Positions 1-13,100 of a DNA stretch of 64,000 nucleotides are shown piece after piece. A model generated the notes under the pieces. That model saw only the letters and a program-made list of their open reading frames with translations, ran no database searches and was not told the DNA's origin. The DNA is from Octopus sinensis. Lineage: Eukaryota. The translations under genes were made by a program, and so were the position numbers. Where the stretch lies: assembly GCF_006345805.1 (NCBI RefSeq), contig NC_043004.1, positions 41,726,001 through 41,790,000 on the forward strand. The letters are read 5' to 3'. Positions within the stretch are counted from its first letter, which is position 1; each line of letters begins with the position of its first letter.

Positions 1-130
1 TCATATCATCATCATCCTTAAACTTTCTTCCTTCCTCTTCTTCTTCATGATCATCGTTGTCATTGTAGTCATCATCGTCGTCGTCGTCGTCCTCCTCCTC
101 CTAATCATCATCATCATCGTTGTCGTCGTC
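1..130. repeat. Degenerate (ATC)n/(GTC)n trinucleotide microsatellite
   Basis: Visible atc/gtc/ctc runs. Confidence 0.8.
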
Positions 131-334
131 ATGGTTGCTATTGTCTTTTCAACATCACACCTTAGGCCCGTTATCAATTTTACAAATAGAACATATTTTC
201 ATATACGAAAGAATACCGTATCTTGCTGAACCTTGACAAATGGTTTGGATCAAATTCCACCTGCTTTGCCCAACATACAAGTTATAATATTCAATACACT
301 CTCTTTCTTCCTCTTCGTTTCTCCCTTATTCTTT

Positions 335-336
<2 letters not shown>

Positions 337-378
<42 letters not shown>
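337..378. repeat. (CT)n microsatellite
   Basis: Pure CT run. Confidence 0.95.
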
Positions 379-382
<4 letters not shown>

Positions 383-1443
383 ACCCTATAACTTCATTCT
401 TTGTTTCCCCTTCTCTTCATTTTCTCTCCCTACCATTTTTGCACCCAAACTTTTTTTCTCTCTCACCCACTTTATCGTTGCCGCCTGTTGTCGCCTCTCT
501 TACAATCTACTAGCAAAACACAGACACGGATACATAAATTTCATAATAGTGCATCACGACATTTCGAGATAAATCAACCGATGATACCACTTTAGAACGA
601 GTTGAAAACTAGGTTGTATTCTCATTTATGGAATATACAGAATAAACAACTGTATTTCATACAATGTTGCTCACCATCATCAGAAACACGAGTGCTAAAA
701 TAGTTTTATTAGTGAGCTAATAAATTTTTGATCACCTAAAATTATTTCCGTTGAGATGAATAAATTAGCTACGTAAATAAATCTGGTAAGTAAGAGAAAC
801 GGGCCGGAATTAATATTAATTAGAATTAATTAAATACAGAATGTGTAATTTAAAACTAATTAAATATAGAAAATTTATTAAATTCAGAAATATAAAATCA
901 CATGAATATAGAAATATATAGAATATATTTAATGACTAATCGGTTAGATGGTATTGTTCTATGCGTGTTGAGAATTATGTCCTACATTAGTGCTTCTTAA
1001 ACATTTACAGTTACCTTGCCTTTTCTTTAACTAGCACTTTTTCAGCGCCATCCTTGTTACATTCAGTACTTTCCATTTTTAGTGTAATACATGTAATATC
1101 AGGCCAGAGTAACCAAGTTCCCTTCAAAGCAATCTAGTTCTGGTCAGAGTAATCTAATTTAACGCGGGTGATTACTTACGAAAGCACCACCCAAGTATAA
1201 ACGAATTTAGCAAAATCGTAGAATTAATTGTCTCCACATATGTAACTGAGACTGTTGGACGTTCTCTAAACAATACCCTGTCTCTTCATGGTCATGTACA
1301 TCCCTAACTAAGACCTTGGATTATCAAGCACAAACAGCAAAAACTCTCCAGCCTTAACCATTCTGTTATGAGATTGCACTATACAAAATATCCTTTTTAG
1401 AATTATTGTAAAATAGGATTTGATGAAGACTTGGCTGTTATTT

Positions 1444-1632
1444 TTAGCATGTAGAGACTTCCTCGTATGTTGTTGATAGCGATGGCGTCATCCATATTTT
1501 ATTTGCAGATATTAATGTTGATGTTTTGTTGTTTAGTCTCAAAATGCTAGCAAACCTTTTGTCAAAAGACATTCCGGTTGTGACGATTCTGTTTGTTTCT
1601 TTTCCATGATGGTGTATCTTGATCTTAAGCAT
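1444..1632 (-). pseudogene. Degraded LINE (RTE-like) AP-endonuclease remnant
   Basis: Minus-strand peptide HHGKETNRIVTTGMSFDKRFASILRLNNKTSTLISA loosely resembles the LINE endonuclease segment 'SDR...I.L......TIISAYAP'; heavily decayed. Confidence 0.35.
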
Positions 1633-1644
1633 CCGATATGGCTT

Positions 1645-1938
1645 GTTGTTTGTTCCTTCTCGAGCTATGCCTGGCTCATAAGGGCCGGTTTCCCGGTTTC
1701 TTGGTGTATAGGTTCCCCACCTGGACGGGATGCCGGTCCGTCGCAGGTGAGTTGCAAGATGAGTGAGAGAAAGTTGTGGCGAAAGAGTCAGTAGAAGTTC
1801 GCCATTACCTTCTGCCGGAGCCGCGTGGAACTTAGGTGTTTTCGCTCATAAACACACGCATCGCATGGTCTGAGATTCGAAACCTCGAACCCTCGACCGC
1901 GAGTCCACTGCTCTAACCACTAGGCCATGTGCCTCCAT
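1645..1938 (-). mobile_element. tRNA-derived SINE (family A) with a V-domain-like core
   Basis: Minus strand starts GGAGGCACATGGCCTAGTGGTTAGAGC (box A)...GGTTTCGAATC (box B); core ACCTGCGACGGACCGGCATCCCGTCCAGG resembles the V-SINE domain. Confidence 0.75.
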
Positions 1939-2189
1939 ATCCGATATGACTTCCACCAGTATCAAAACCTAATTTGAGAGTGATATCAAAGTTATATCAA
2001 GTAGGTCGAGTAAGATAACACACAAAGAATATCTTATTGGCTGGAATGAGTTAACATGTGTCAGAAATCATAGAAATAAATATCTGACAGCTGTTAGTTT
2101 ACTGCATGTACATTCTCACCTCAAATGCTACAAGCTATAAACTCACTGCAGTTCCTTTAAACCTACAGCTATACAATTATTCAAATGAG

Positions 2190-2350
2190 CCAGGCTTGGC
2201 GGTGTGGTTAAGAAAACTTTACGCAATTACTAGGATGCAAGATTCAGTCCACTGGGAGGCAGTTCAGGGAAATAACTTCCAGCATAGCTCCGAATTACTC
2301 AATGGCTTGTGAATGAAACTTGGCTTGAGAGAACTGCGAGGAAGCCCATC
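2190..2350 (+). mobile_element. Old, decayed 5' half of SINE family C
   Basis: ggcggtgtggttaag...gattcagtccactgg...ttgtgaatg...aactgcgaggaagccc aligns by eye with 13729-13890. Confidence 0.5.
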
Positions 2351-2861
2351 GTTGGCACGCTTCGTGATTTTGATCGATAGACTTCACACATTGCCTTTTT
2401 TAACACCAGCATCTGGTGTTTCAATGCCTTGAGCGAATTCATTCTTTGGTGTAGGGTTTAGTCTCCGGATACCTCTGTCTCTTTGGCCTTTTATCTCTTC
2501 CTCCCCCAGTCTCAGAAGGCTTGGAAGCAATAATTGGAATTGCGCTCCTTCTCTTGACTCAGTAACTGTGTCAGACAATTTGTAAAAGACAAACAAAAAC
2601 AATCCTTCCCTCGTTGAATAGTCATGACGAGACGTTGCTTTCAACTTTTCCCAATTGTGCTTTAGCTTGTTTTCTGTGAGATGGTTTCTCAAGGAAATGT
2701 TCTTCTAGTTCAGCTGCACTATTAAAGTGCTAGTTCTTGAATTGTTCTGCTTCATACTCCCGAGCCAAAGCAGACTGAATTGATTATGAGAGCACTTTGA
2801 TTGAACAATGTATATAATCAAAGAATTCTTCACTCCATTAGTGAATCGGTAACTAGTTGAC

Positions 2862-2882
2862 TACTACTACTACTACTACTAT

Positions 2883-2927
<45 letters not shown>

Positions 2928-2940
2928 CACCACCACCACC

Positions 2941-3010
<70 letters not shown>
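2862..3010. repeat. Compound (CTA)n/(CCA)n microsatellite
   Basis: Visible repeats. Confidence 0.95.
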
Positions 3011-3070
3011 CTTTCCTTCAATAAATATCCTTCCGAGAAGGAAATTTTTTATATTTTCCTTCTAGAGCCC

Positions 3071-3115
3071 CTCAACGATCTAGAGGGTAAGTAAACAACC
3101 CTTCTAGATCGTGAG
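3071..3115. repeat. Short inverted repeat (hairpin)
   Basis: acgatctagagggt (3075-3088) / acccttctagatcgt (3098-3112), one bulge, 9-nt loop. Confidence 0.8.
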
Positions 3116-3299
3116 AAGTAGGACTTTAGTTCTTCCATCGATCTGATCACATTTTCTGAAAAGAACTGGTAACTATATCGATCACGATTGCCATCAGACA
3201 ATCTAACACCCAATTCTGTGGTGCGTTATTGATATTCTCCTTGTTTTTGTCATCCAGATCGGTACTTCATTTCTTATACAGTCAATAAGAAAGTTTTTT

Positions 3300-4000
3300 T
3301 TTATATATATAACTGCATGCCAGTGAAAGTTTAAGACCAGAATCTGTGAGTAATGTCGGACTCAGGAGCTTCCAAGTTGAAATCTTTTGAACAATCTTTA
3401 CTTTCTCCTGTGTTATAATCTCTTCTCTTGATCTATTTCCCCATTACACCTTAATCTAAAGTAACCAGTCCGTTCCCTATTCTGTTGGATCTCCTTTCAC
3501 TAAATATCTGATCAAAAGTTCTTTGCTACTTCAGCATATCATATTTCATTCTCCTGATGTTCATTCTCATTGATCAGCTGTTGGCAAAATTTCCTTTATT
3601 TGTTTGTAAACAGTCTGTTCTGCTGATACCGATTTATTATTTTTTTTTGTTTATATCTAGTATTTTACCTGTATTTGCTTTAACTTAGTGTCTTATCTTT
3701 TTTTCTCAACAGCTTCTAATCCTCAGTGTTTGATGTTATACTTTCTCTGATATTCGACGTTACTATGTCTTTCATTCAGCAACTTGTTTTCAGTCAATGT
3801 GTTTCTATTTCTAAGATCGTTTTTGAGCTGCTTGACTTGATTCTCAAGTCTCTTTTCCCTCACTGATTCTTTGATTCCTTTTCTACTCTACTTATATCTC
3901 CAAAAACTTCTACTGCAATTGAGGTTGCACTCTATATAAAGTCATTTACACCTGTTATTTTCTCAACATTGATTTTTCACTTATAGTTTATCCAGTGTAT
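3300..4000 (-). pseudogene. Degraded LINE ORF1 (coiled coil plus RRM start)
   Basis: Minus frame RLENQVKQLKNDLRNRNTLTENKLLNERHSNVEYQRKYNIKH*GLE (~3850-3710) matches the 'EQYSR.NN.RI.GL.E' motif that follows the ORF1 coiled coil; boundaries approximate. Confidence 0.45.
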
Positions 4001-4489
4001 TTAACTGGTTGTCGTAGCTTTTCACTTTCATTTCCCTTCAAAGCTGGTAATCTCCTTCTGACTTCACTTCATGTCTCAATCAAAATTGAAATAAGCTTTT
4101 CTCCCCTTCTTTAAAGTCTTTTCTCTCACTCTCATTCTCACTATGAATTTTTTTTCTCTTGATCATTAAACGGTCTTCTAATTTTTTGTTTAATTTCCTC
4201 CTTCGATGTAAACATATTCTTCATTTTCCATTGTTTTGACAATTTACTCCTTTTCTGACTGAGATAAATATTGCTTTCATTTTTTCTATCTATTTATTTA
4301 TTTTTTAATTCAGAAGACTTTGTTTTCCAACTGAAAGCTCATATTTCTGTATTCTATTTTGAAAATTCATTTCTGTAATAGCATTCTGTGGTGATTCTGT
4401 AGTTATTCTGTGACCATCTTTTAGCACATGCAACAAAACTTGAGGAGTAACAACAAGGTCCATCTCGCTGTACAGAATTATTAGTGCAC

Positions 4490-4660
4490 CGGGAAAAATA
4501 CTTAGCGGCATTTCACCCGCCTTTACGCTCTGAGTTCAAATTCTGTCGAGCTTGACTTTCACTTTAATCTTTCCGAAGTAGTTAAAATAAGTACAAGTCG
4601 AGCACTGGCGTCAATGCAATCGATTTACTCCTTCCCCCGAACTTGCTGGCTTTGTGTGCC
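4490..4660 (+). mobile_element. Decayed SINE family B
   Basis: cttagcggcatttc...gagttcaaattc...gactttcact...aaataagtac...gcactggcgtcaatgcaatcga similar to 52490-52729. Confidence 0.65.
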
Positions 4661-4667
4661 AACATTT

Positions 4668-4694
4668 TTATTATTATTATTATTATTATAATAT

Positions 4695-4752
<58 letters not shown>

Positions 4753-4762
4753 GTTGTTGTTG

Positions 4763-4803
<41 letters not shown>
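4668..4803. repeat. Compound (TTA)n-(CTA)n-(TTG)n-(TTA)n microsatellite; 3' flank of the Dong-like element
   Basis: Visible repeats abutting the element 3' UTR. Confidence 0.95.
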
Positions 4804-5798
4804 GCCTTTGCACAGCTTCTAATGCTGGAGATGTACTACAATATCAGCTGTTCATTACCAGTGAACTAAGGTAACACTTCTTATTTTTCGAGCACCTTCC
4901 GGAGTATTCGAGCGGCTCCAAGCAGTGCTGTTTTCTGCAAGTGCTCCACCCTTATTGCAGCCCCTATTTGTTCCACGTACTTCTCGAGATTTTTTCTCAC
5001 TGTTCCCAGGGCTCTGACAATTATTGGTACTACTGCTACCTTTTTCATCGGCCACAACTGTTTGACTTCCTAAGCTAACTTGCCACATCTCTCGACTTTT
5101 CTTTTTTCAGTATTACATTTCAGTATTGTTGTCAGCTAGGCATGCTATATCTATGATCCAGCATAGTTTGTTTTCTTTCTCAATTAAAACTATGTCCGGC
5201 TTCCTCTTCTCAATCTCATGGTCGCACTGAATCATAAAATCCCATAGGATCTTTGCATTTCTATTTTCGACAACGCCTTCAGGTTTGTGGTCGTACCAAT
5301 TTCTTGTTCTGTCAAGTCCAATGGACAAGCCTGGCTATAATGTCGTGGCATCTCTTATATTCTTTCTGGGGTAGTGGCGTACATTGGCTGGTAATATACC
5401 ATACGGTTTCACAGTTTTGTCCACAGATTCTGCCCCTATTACTTTCTGCTGTGTTGTCTATTCTGTATTTTATGTATTTGTTCTTAGTGCTTGCTCTTGG
5501 GCAGCACAGATTAGAGCCTCCGTTTCCAGTTTTAAATCACTTTTAGTCATCCACAGCCATCTTATTTCTCTGTGTCTTATCTTCAACATCTCTATGAAAT
5601 TGACCAGGCATTCTTTTCTTTACCCACCTATTTTCAGTTTCATTCGTTTTGAACCACACTTCATTCTTCTTCTTCTTCTTCTTCTTCTTCTTCTTCTTCT
5701 TCTTCTTCTTCTTCTTCTTCTTCTTCTTCTTCTTCTTTCTTCTTCTTCTTCTTCTTCTTCTTCTTATTATTATCATTATTATTATTATTATTATTATA

Positions 5799-5837
<39 letters not shown>

Positions 5838-5843
5838 ATTATT

Positions 5844-5930
<87 letters not shown>

Positions 5931-6830
5931 TTTATTGCCATACATTGATTTTGCTTCTTTTCAAAACTAACACACCACACTTTTCTCAGTCCGAACTCCA
6001 TTCCGATATCAGCACTGAAGGTATGCACCGTATGAACGAGGGAACCGATTTGGGCTTCATCTTTATTATAAAGTTTGAGGTTATCCATGAATAACAAATG
6101 GTTGACTTTTTGTTGGCGGCTTTTGAATACAAACCCAGCTTTTGCTTTCCTCAGAATCAGTGTTAGTGGTATCAAGCACAGTACAAAGATCAGTGGGGAC
6201 AGGCAGTCCCCTTGGAAGATGCCCATCCTAATTTCTACTGTGCCTTAACTTCATCCGTGTGCTGTCAGGTCCGTCCTATAATTCACCATACTTTTTCCAA
6301 GCAAGCGCTCAACATTCGATGCAATACCAAATAGGTCCATACACTCCATAATCCAAGAATGTGGGATCATATTGTACGCCTTACGATAGTCGATCCATGA
6401 CATGGCTAAGTTACTTTTCGTCCTCTTGCAGTTTCTAAGTAAAGTTTTGTCTATTAAGGAGTTGATCCTTGGTACCTCTGCACTTGCGCTTGCAACCTTT
6501 CTGCTCATGTAGGAGGACTCCATTTTTTGCTAGATGTTCGTACATTGACTCTGCGAGTATTCCAATCAATAATTTCCACATAATTGGCAAACAGGATATC
6601 GGCCTGTAATTTTCTACCATATTGCCTTTTTCGATGTTTTTCAGGCACAGCACTGCCCTACCCAATGTCAACCACTCTGGTATTCCTTGGTCGGCATTTA
6701 ACAAGGAGTTGAGTTGCGCAGCTATTCGTGCATGACATTCCCCAAATCTTTCGATTCAGTAGCCTTGAACTCCATCTGGTCCCGGGGCGTTCCAGTTGCT
6801 CATTTTTTTGCTTATTAATTTATTTTCCGA
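4804..6830 (-). mobile_element. R4/Dong-like non-LTR retrotransposon (RT + CCHC + restriction-like endonuclease), 5'-truncated and frameshifted
   Basis: [103 protein letters not shown], terminal LQKTALLGAARILRKVLEK*, ~80-bp 3' UTR, then (TAA)n. Confidence 0.9.
5664..5932. repeat. (CTT)n-(TTA)n-(TAA)n-(TTA)n compound microsatellite inside the Dong-like element
   Basis: Visible; separates the RT core from the C-terminal region. Confidence 0.95.
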
Positions 6831-6990
6831 GACATTATGGGCACAGGGTATGCTCATGTCAATCAATAAACAAACTTTATTGTTTTGATCTTTCAGAACA
6901 ATATCTGCTTCATTTGCTTTGACGGCCCGGTCTGTAAATACTGAAAAGCCCCAATTAGTATTATAATTGGATGAGAGAATAGTGACACTG
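6831..6990 (-). mobile_element. Fragment of a second RLE-type retrotransposon family (endonuclease domain)
   Basis: WGFSVFTDRAVKANEADIVLKDQNNKVCLLIDMSIPCAHNVSEN resembles 'LWDF.I.TDR.I.AN.PDIV.KD....C.LIDMS.P.D.N', joined in frame to the Dong RT region. Confidence 0.7.
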
Positions 6991-7049
6991 GGGTAAAATA
7001 TACGAAGCCCAGTATATGTATCATAATAATAATAATCATCTATAAGCAC

Positions 7050-7789
7050 AAGGCCTGAAATGTTGGCCGAGGGTACTAGTCAATTACATCGAATCCACTT
7101 TTTCACTGGTACTTAATTTACCGAACTCGAAATGATGAACGGTAAAGTCGACATCGGCGGAAATGGAACGCAGAACGTTACGACTGGCGAAATACCTATT
7201 TCTTTACTACCTACAAGGAGCTAAACACAGAGAGGACAAACAAGGACAAACAAACGGATTAAGTCGATTACATCGACCCCAGTGCGTAACTGGTACTTAA
7301 TTTATCGACCCGGAAAGGATGAAAGGCAAAGTCGACCTCGGCGGAATTTGAACTCAGAACGTAACGGCAGACGAAATACCTATTTCTTTACTGCCTACAA
7401 GAGGCTACACACAGTAGGGACAAACAAGGACAAATGAATTAAGTCGATTATATCAACCCCAGTGCGCAACTGGTACTTATTTAATCGACCCCGAAAGGAT
7501 GAAAGGCAAAGTCGACCTCGGCGGATTTGAACTCAGAACGTAACGGCTGATGAAATAACGATTTCTTTACTACCCACAAGGGGCTAAACACAGAGAGAAC
7601 AAACAAGGACAGACAAATGGATTAAGTCGATTACATCGACCCCAGTGAACTAGTACTTAATTTATCGACCCCGAAAAGATGAAAGGCAAAGTCGACCTCG
7701 GCGGAATTTGAACTCAGAACGTAGCGGCAGACAAAATACCGCTAAGCATTTCGCCCGGCATGCTAACGTTTCTGCCAGCTCGCCGCCTT
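7050..7789 (-). mobile_element. Head-to-tail tandem array of SINE family B (one full copy plus three 5'-truncated units of ~180 bp)
   Basis: Unit boundaries at 7196/7197, 7380/7381 and ~7559/7560; only the 7561-7789 copy has the tRNA-like head GGCGGCGAGCTGGCAGAAACGTTAGC. Confidence 0.9.
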
Positions 7790-10700
7790 AACAATATTAT
7801 TAATGATGATAATAATAACAATAATAAGAATAATGTCAATGCTATATGATTTCGCAACTATTCGCCGAGTCGATTGTGGTGGATTCTGCGGATATGTTTT
7901 GGGGGTCTAAGGATGTAGACAATTTTACTCCATCTCATAGCTAAAACGCAAGTGGTTGTGTGGTTGACAGGATTCAAAGTAATGCCGACTGACACTTTCC
8001 TTTTAGGGCAAAAGCGCATCAAGTTTTTCAAGTATCATTGTGATACGAAAATGAAAATGGAGAAGACTTTGCCCTCAAGCAAGTTTTCTCAAAAGTCTTT
8101 TACAGTAGGAAATATAATTCTAGTGAACGCGTTTTTACTCCATTGATGTCCGGCAGATGTGTTTCATTAATCACAAGTATAAATTATTATCTGACAGGTT
8201 TTCGCGAGTTGGCCATGTAGGCTTCCTTTAATATCTGCCGGACAAGAATTTTTACTTCAGTGCACGATTTCTTATCTCCATGCTAATCGTGAAATTTGCT
8301 ATGTCGTGTTTAGACTGGATCATTCCGTTAGATTCTGACATATCAAAACCTATCAACCCCACCACATAATTATTTATACTTCGATTTTCAGAACTGCTCT
8401 CTTCAGAATTAAACATGCATTTTCAGCTCACCGCAGAACGTCTGGAGTATCGTCTCTGAGGAGGCCAAATAAAATGGAAGGATCCTGTATGGCGATGCAC
8501 CAGCGTACGGTGCATAGTCCTGTGTTTTTAATGTGTGAGGTTTGAGAGCTCCTTCTCCGAAGCAGCTACAGCCGTTCTACGTTTATATACATATCATAAA
8601 TTGTATACACACTGATTTGTTATTCCAAGACCGTTTCAAGTGCGTATTGTGTTGTTTTGGCTACTACTTAGTAGTTAGTAGCAAGATGATCTATAGCTGC
8701 TTAGGAGTGGTTACAGTTTATTCAATTAATTTCACAGAAGAATCCTATAGAGGTGAATATAATAACATACTTTCTTGTAATATAGTCAGATTGTTACAAA
8801 ATCCATTCTGTCACACGTTTAACATCAAATCACAGTTTTGTTCGCTAGATGTTGTTCAGTACAACTGTTTGCTTTATAATCCGTGTTCTGAATTTTGTTT
8901 GTTACTATCACCTTTTATTCAGTAGACTCTTGGATGCAATGCGTATGTCTATGTGTATTTATATATTTATCATTTGTTTTATTATTGCGGTTTCCCTCTA
9001 TTGAGAAAGAGACAGTTTTTAATTTGGGAATATGACTCTTTCATCGCAGCTTTGACGTCAACTAGTAATTTTTGAAAGTAGCAGTGTCTTTTCTGTTATA
9101 TATATATGTGTTTGTATGTTTATAATTTTGTATGTCTGTATGTTGTAAGTTGAGTAGAAGTTCGAACAAATATGCATGGCCTTTATTCAGCTAATCTCTT
9201 ACTTGGTTAAATGCACTCATCAGTAGGTGAGTATTGATTATATAATATATTTCGTTGGGTAGAATATTTACCCCTGCAACCAAAATAACAAATATATTTC
9301 TACATTTATCAAAAATAGGTACCAAAACCACTCATCACCCACGAAATCGATCATCATTCTAACAACAAAATTTCTATAATACGTTATCTTAGCTATTAGA
9401 TCTTTTCCAATGTGCACCCGAAGCGTATACGAAATCTCTTTGAAAAGTAGTATTCTCATAATTTATGCATAACGTTCTCTACGTTTTAGTATTTCTCCAA
9501 TATCACTGAAAACTTCTTGTACAAAACAAAATTCGATATATGAATATGCTGTTAAACTATATCTAACAGAGTACTTAATTAACAAAATTGCCTCAAGTAT
9601 AATGTCCTGTCTCTCTTTTCATCGCTCGCACATATCCAATTTTCCCTTTGTTAAAGATCTTAAAAATTCATTGATCTAGTTGCATTACAAACTGCACTAA
9701 TTATACATATGCTTATCAGCAAACAAATTCCACCTGAAATACAAGCTATTTTCCCATTCGCATATACTGACTCTTTTCGTAATATACGAAATACTAAATA
9801 TTGAATATATGCCATCTCCACAAGACATTACTCATATATAACTGTAACCAGTAACAGTCATTACAGTATTGCTTTATTCTTTTTCGAGGCTTGATTCGGT
9901 CATAAGACTGTGGCCATTCTGGGCTACAGGTTATAATAGCTTATACCAACCCCAATTCGTATTTTATCAATTTCGGAAATATGAGAGGCTGGGTGAGATT
10001 TGAACATTGAACATAGATTTTATAAAAATCTGAATCTATGGATTTGTTTGTCCATTTTCTAAATTCATTTTGTAGTATATTTTTACAATTACGGTTGTGC
10101 CAACGAAGACAGAGACTCTGATTCCAATTGTTCTACATTACCAGTACTGATATGTATAAATCTCTCTGTTGCATTGTAAAAAATAAAACTATAATTCATA
10201 AATGACAAGTTATTTTAGTGAACATCAAAATTATGAAGAAATATCGACCGAGATGTACTAATACCTAAATCTAACTGGACGTTAGCAAATATAATTAGAT
10301 CTAAACACTTGACCTTAGAAGAAGGCGATGGAGAGGAAAAAAGTGATATATTGCATGTGAAATGTTTATTGGTATTTACTTTCGTTAATTTATGTTTTTA
10401 GAGAAATTTCTGCCGAGTAATTTTTTCTTATCACCGTGCCAATGTAAGAAAACGTATTAGCGCACGGGACAATAATAGATAGGTTTTATTTTATGCCTGG
10501 TCAGGTACGGCTCTCTATCTGCGTTTCGGAATAAGTGTGCGGATATGTATGTATTTGATATTGTATGTCTGTATATGTAATTGTTTATACAGTTAGGAAC
10601 GTCAGTTGGATAATGTAATTCCATTGTGTTAAACTTGCCACTTTTCTACTTATGCGAGATTCCATATTTCCGAATATTCTGATCAGCATTCAATTATTCT

Positions 10701-12139
10701 TCTTAATTATTGTCCCTCATTCACCCATTTCTTCCTCTCATTCGTCATGTTTTGATCCGTTCACAAAACCTTTCTTTGATTCTCCTCCCCTTCTCCCCAC
10801 CTAATCCTCTATATTAGTGATTTCCAATCATATTTTTTTTTCACCTATAGACCCCTTTCATTACTCCCTCACTCTAGTGGAGTCCTATAGCCAATCGATG
10901 TTTAAAACTTAGCTTTATAGATACTTCTTTCAAAATTCCTATTTCGCTTTACACACATTAGCATGTGTAGGTTGATCTGTGTAAAATGTTAGATAATGAA
11001 ATCTAGCTGTTTCTGGCAATAAATATGTCTAAAGGAAATCTTTTTCATAGACCCTTAATATGCATGGATCTCCTCCTCACACAGCAAAATCTTATATGGA
11101 CTCCCAGGGGTCCTACTGACTCCGGTTGAGAACTATTGCTCTATATCATCCATTCACTGCATTTCTAGCGAGGTCAACATTACATTCGTTTTTTTAGAAG
11201 AGTAAGAACCAGAAACCTAAGACTTAGTATTCTTAAGGCGACACAATATTCTCGGCATTCTACAAACATTTCTATACTGAATTCCAAATTTTGTAATATT
11301 TAGGTTTATCCTTCTGTACCTGCATTCACAACTTTTATCCCGCTTAAGAAGTCGATTTTACTTACATTTTCATTGTGCTGAAAATACGTAACAGCTCGTT
11401 CTCTTCCATTTCACATTTCTGGCTTGATTCCTGCGTAAGATGCCATATTAGATAATATAACGAATGTGATATAATCAATGTATCGTATTGCTCTTAGAAT
11501 TTGGATACAAGAGAATATTTTTGTAAAAATTAGATAGTTATATAATTACAAAATACATAACACCACTGACAAATCTGACATGAGGGTATTTTTTTCATAC
11601 TGGAATCCTCATACGAGATGCAGATATTCTATCATTGAAAACAGAGGACCAATTCTAAAGATACCAAATTATTAAAAAGAAAAAAAAAATCATCATACTG
11701 AATGAAAGACAAAATGGTAGAAAGCACGTTTTGCAGAGGCATTTTCTGCAAGTAAGAAGAAAAAGAAGAAGTAAGGATAACAACAGCAACAACGACGACG
11801 ATGATGATGATGATGACATAAATGATAACAATAAATTACCAAGAACAACAACAGCATCAATAATAATGATTAGAAGATGAAGGAAAAAAAAACGTACAAT
11901 ATCGAAAACAACAAATAACCGCTTCACAGTTTTGAAATCTTGGAAATGAAGATGAATTCAATGAAAATTTTTTTATGAACCTTCTGGATGTTAGTATCAA
12001 CGTTCGTTCTGGGTTCAAGAACTAATGGCCATGACATTTTGATTTCCATACTTATTAACGGGTAGATTGTGTGTTGTTTTTTAAACTTTGTTTTTAGTTT
12101 TACTTTCATTTTTGTTTTGCATTTCAGAGTTGTCATTTT

Positions 12140-12530
<391 letters not shown>

Positions 12531-12708
12531 ATTTGAATGCTTCTATTTTTACTTTAGATTCAGAATATTTTTTGTATATATTTCATTATTTCTTCAATTT
12601 TGATTTTGAAGTTTTTCATTACCTTTTATTATCTTACCTCTTCACGTGATCGAAAGCATATAAATTTTTTTAATATTCTCTTCCGAGGTATATTTGCTTC
12701 ATTTTTCT

Positions 12709-12709
<1 letters not shown>

Positions 12710-12758
<49 letters not shown>

Positions 12759-12824
12759 GCTCACACACACACACATGTATATATATATATATGTCTCTGT
12801 GTGTGTGTACGTCTATTTCATATG

Positions 12825-12870
<46 letters not shown>

Positions 12871-12984
12871 TACACACACACATATATATACATATATCTA
12901 TACACACACGCACAAGCATTTATATACATATAGATACATACATATATAGATACATATATATATAATTATGTGCACAAACACACA

Positions 12985-13017
<33 letters not shown>

Positions 13018-13100
13018 CGTGTGTGTATGTGTCTGTGTATGTATGTATATATGTAGATATACATTTACATATACATGCATGTATACATATATATGCGTGT
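12710..13100. repeat. (CA)n/(TA)n/(TG)n microsatellite block
   Basis: Visible repeats. Confidence 0.9.

Noticed and set aside
7050-7789. CRISPR-like periodicity
   Set aside because: The whole 180-bp unit repeats with no unique spacers, it is a SINE, and the context is eukaryotic
8392-8580. Possible exon (minus frame ending ...ILQTFCG|gtgag, kinase-like) and a 12-bp inverted repeat at 8147-8244
   Set aside because: No DFG or other kinase motif upstream, weak acceptor, conflicts with the + strand gene model; the inverted repeat is short and has no context
9191-9226. Strong donor AG|gtgagt
   Set aside because: All three upstream frames contain stops
10402-10546. Two 42-bp candidate exons (10402-10443; 10505-10546, phase 2-2 YGSLSAFRNKCAD would fit before 22709)
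   Set aside because: Splice signals plausible but too short to distinguish from chance without RNA data
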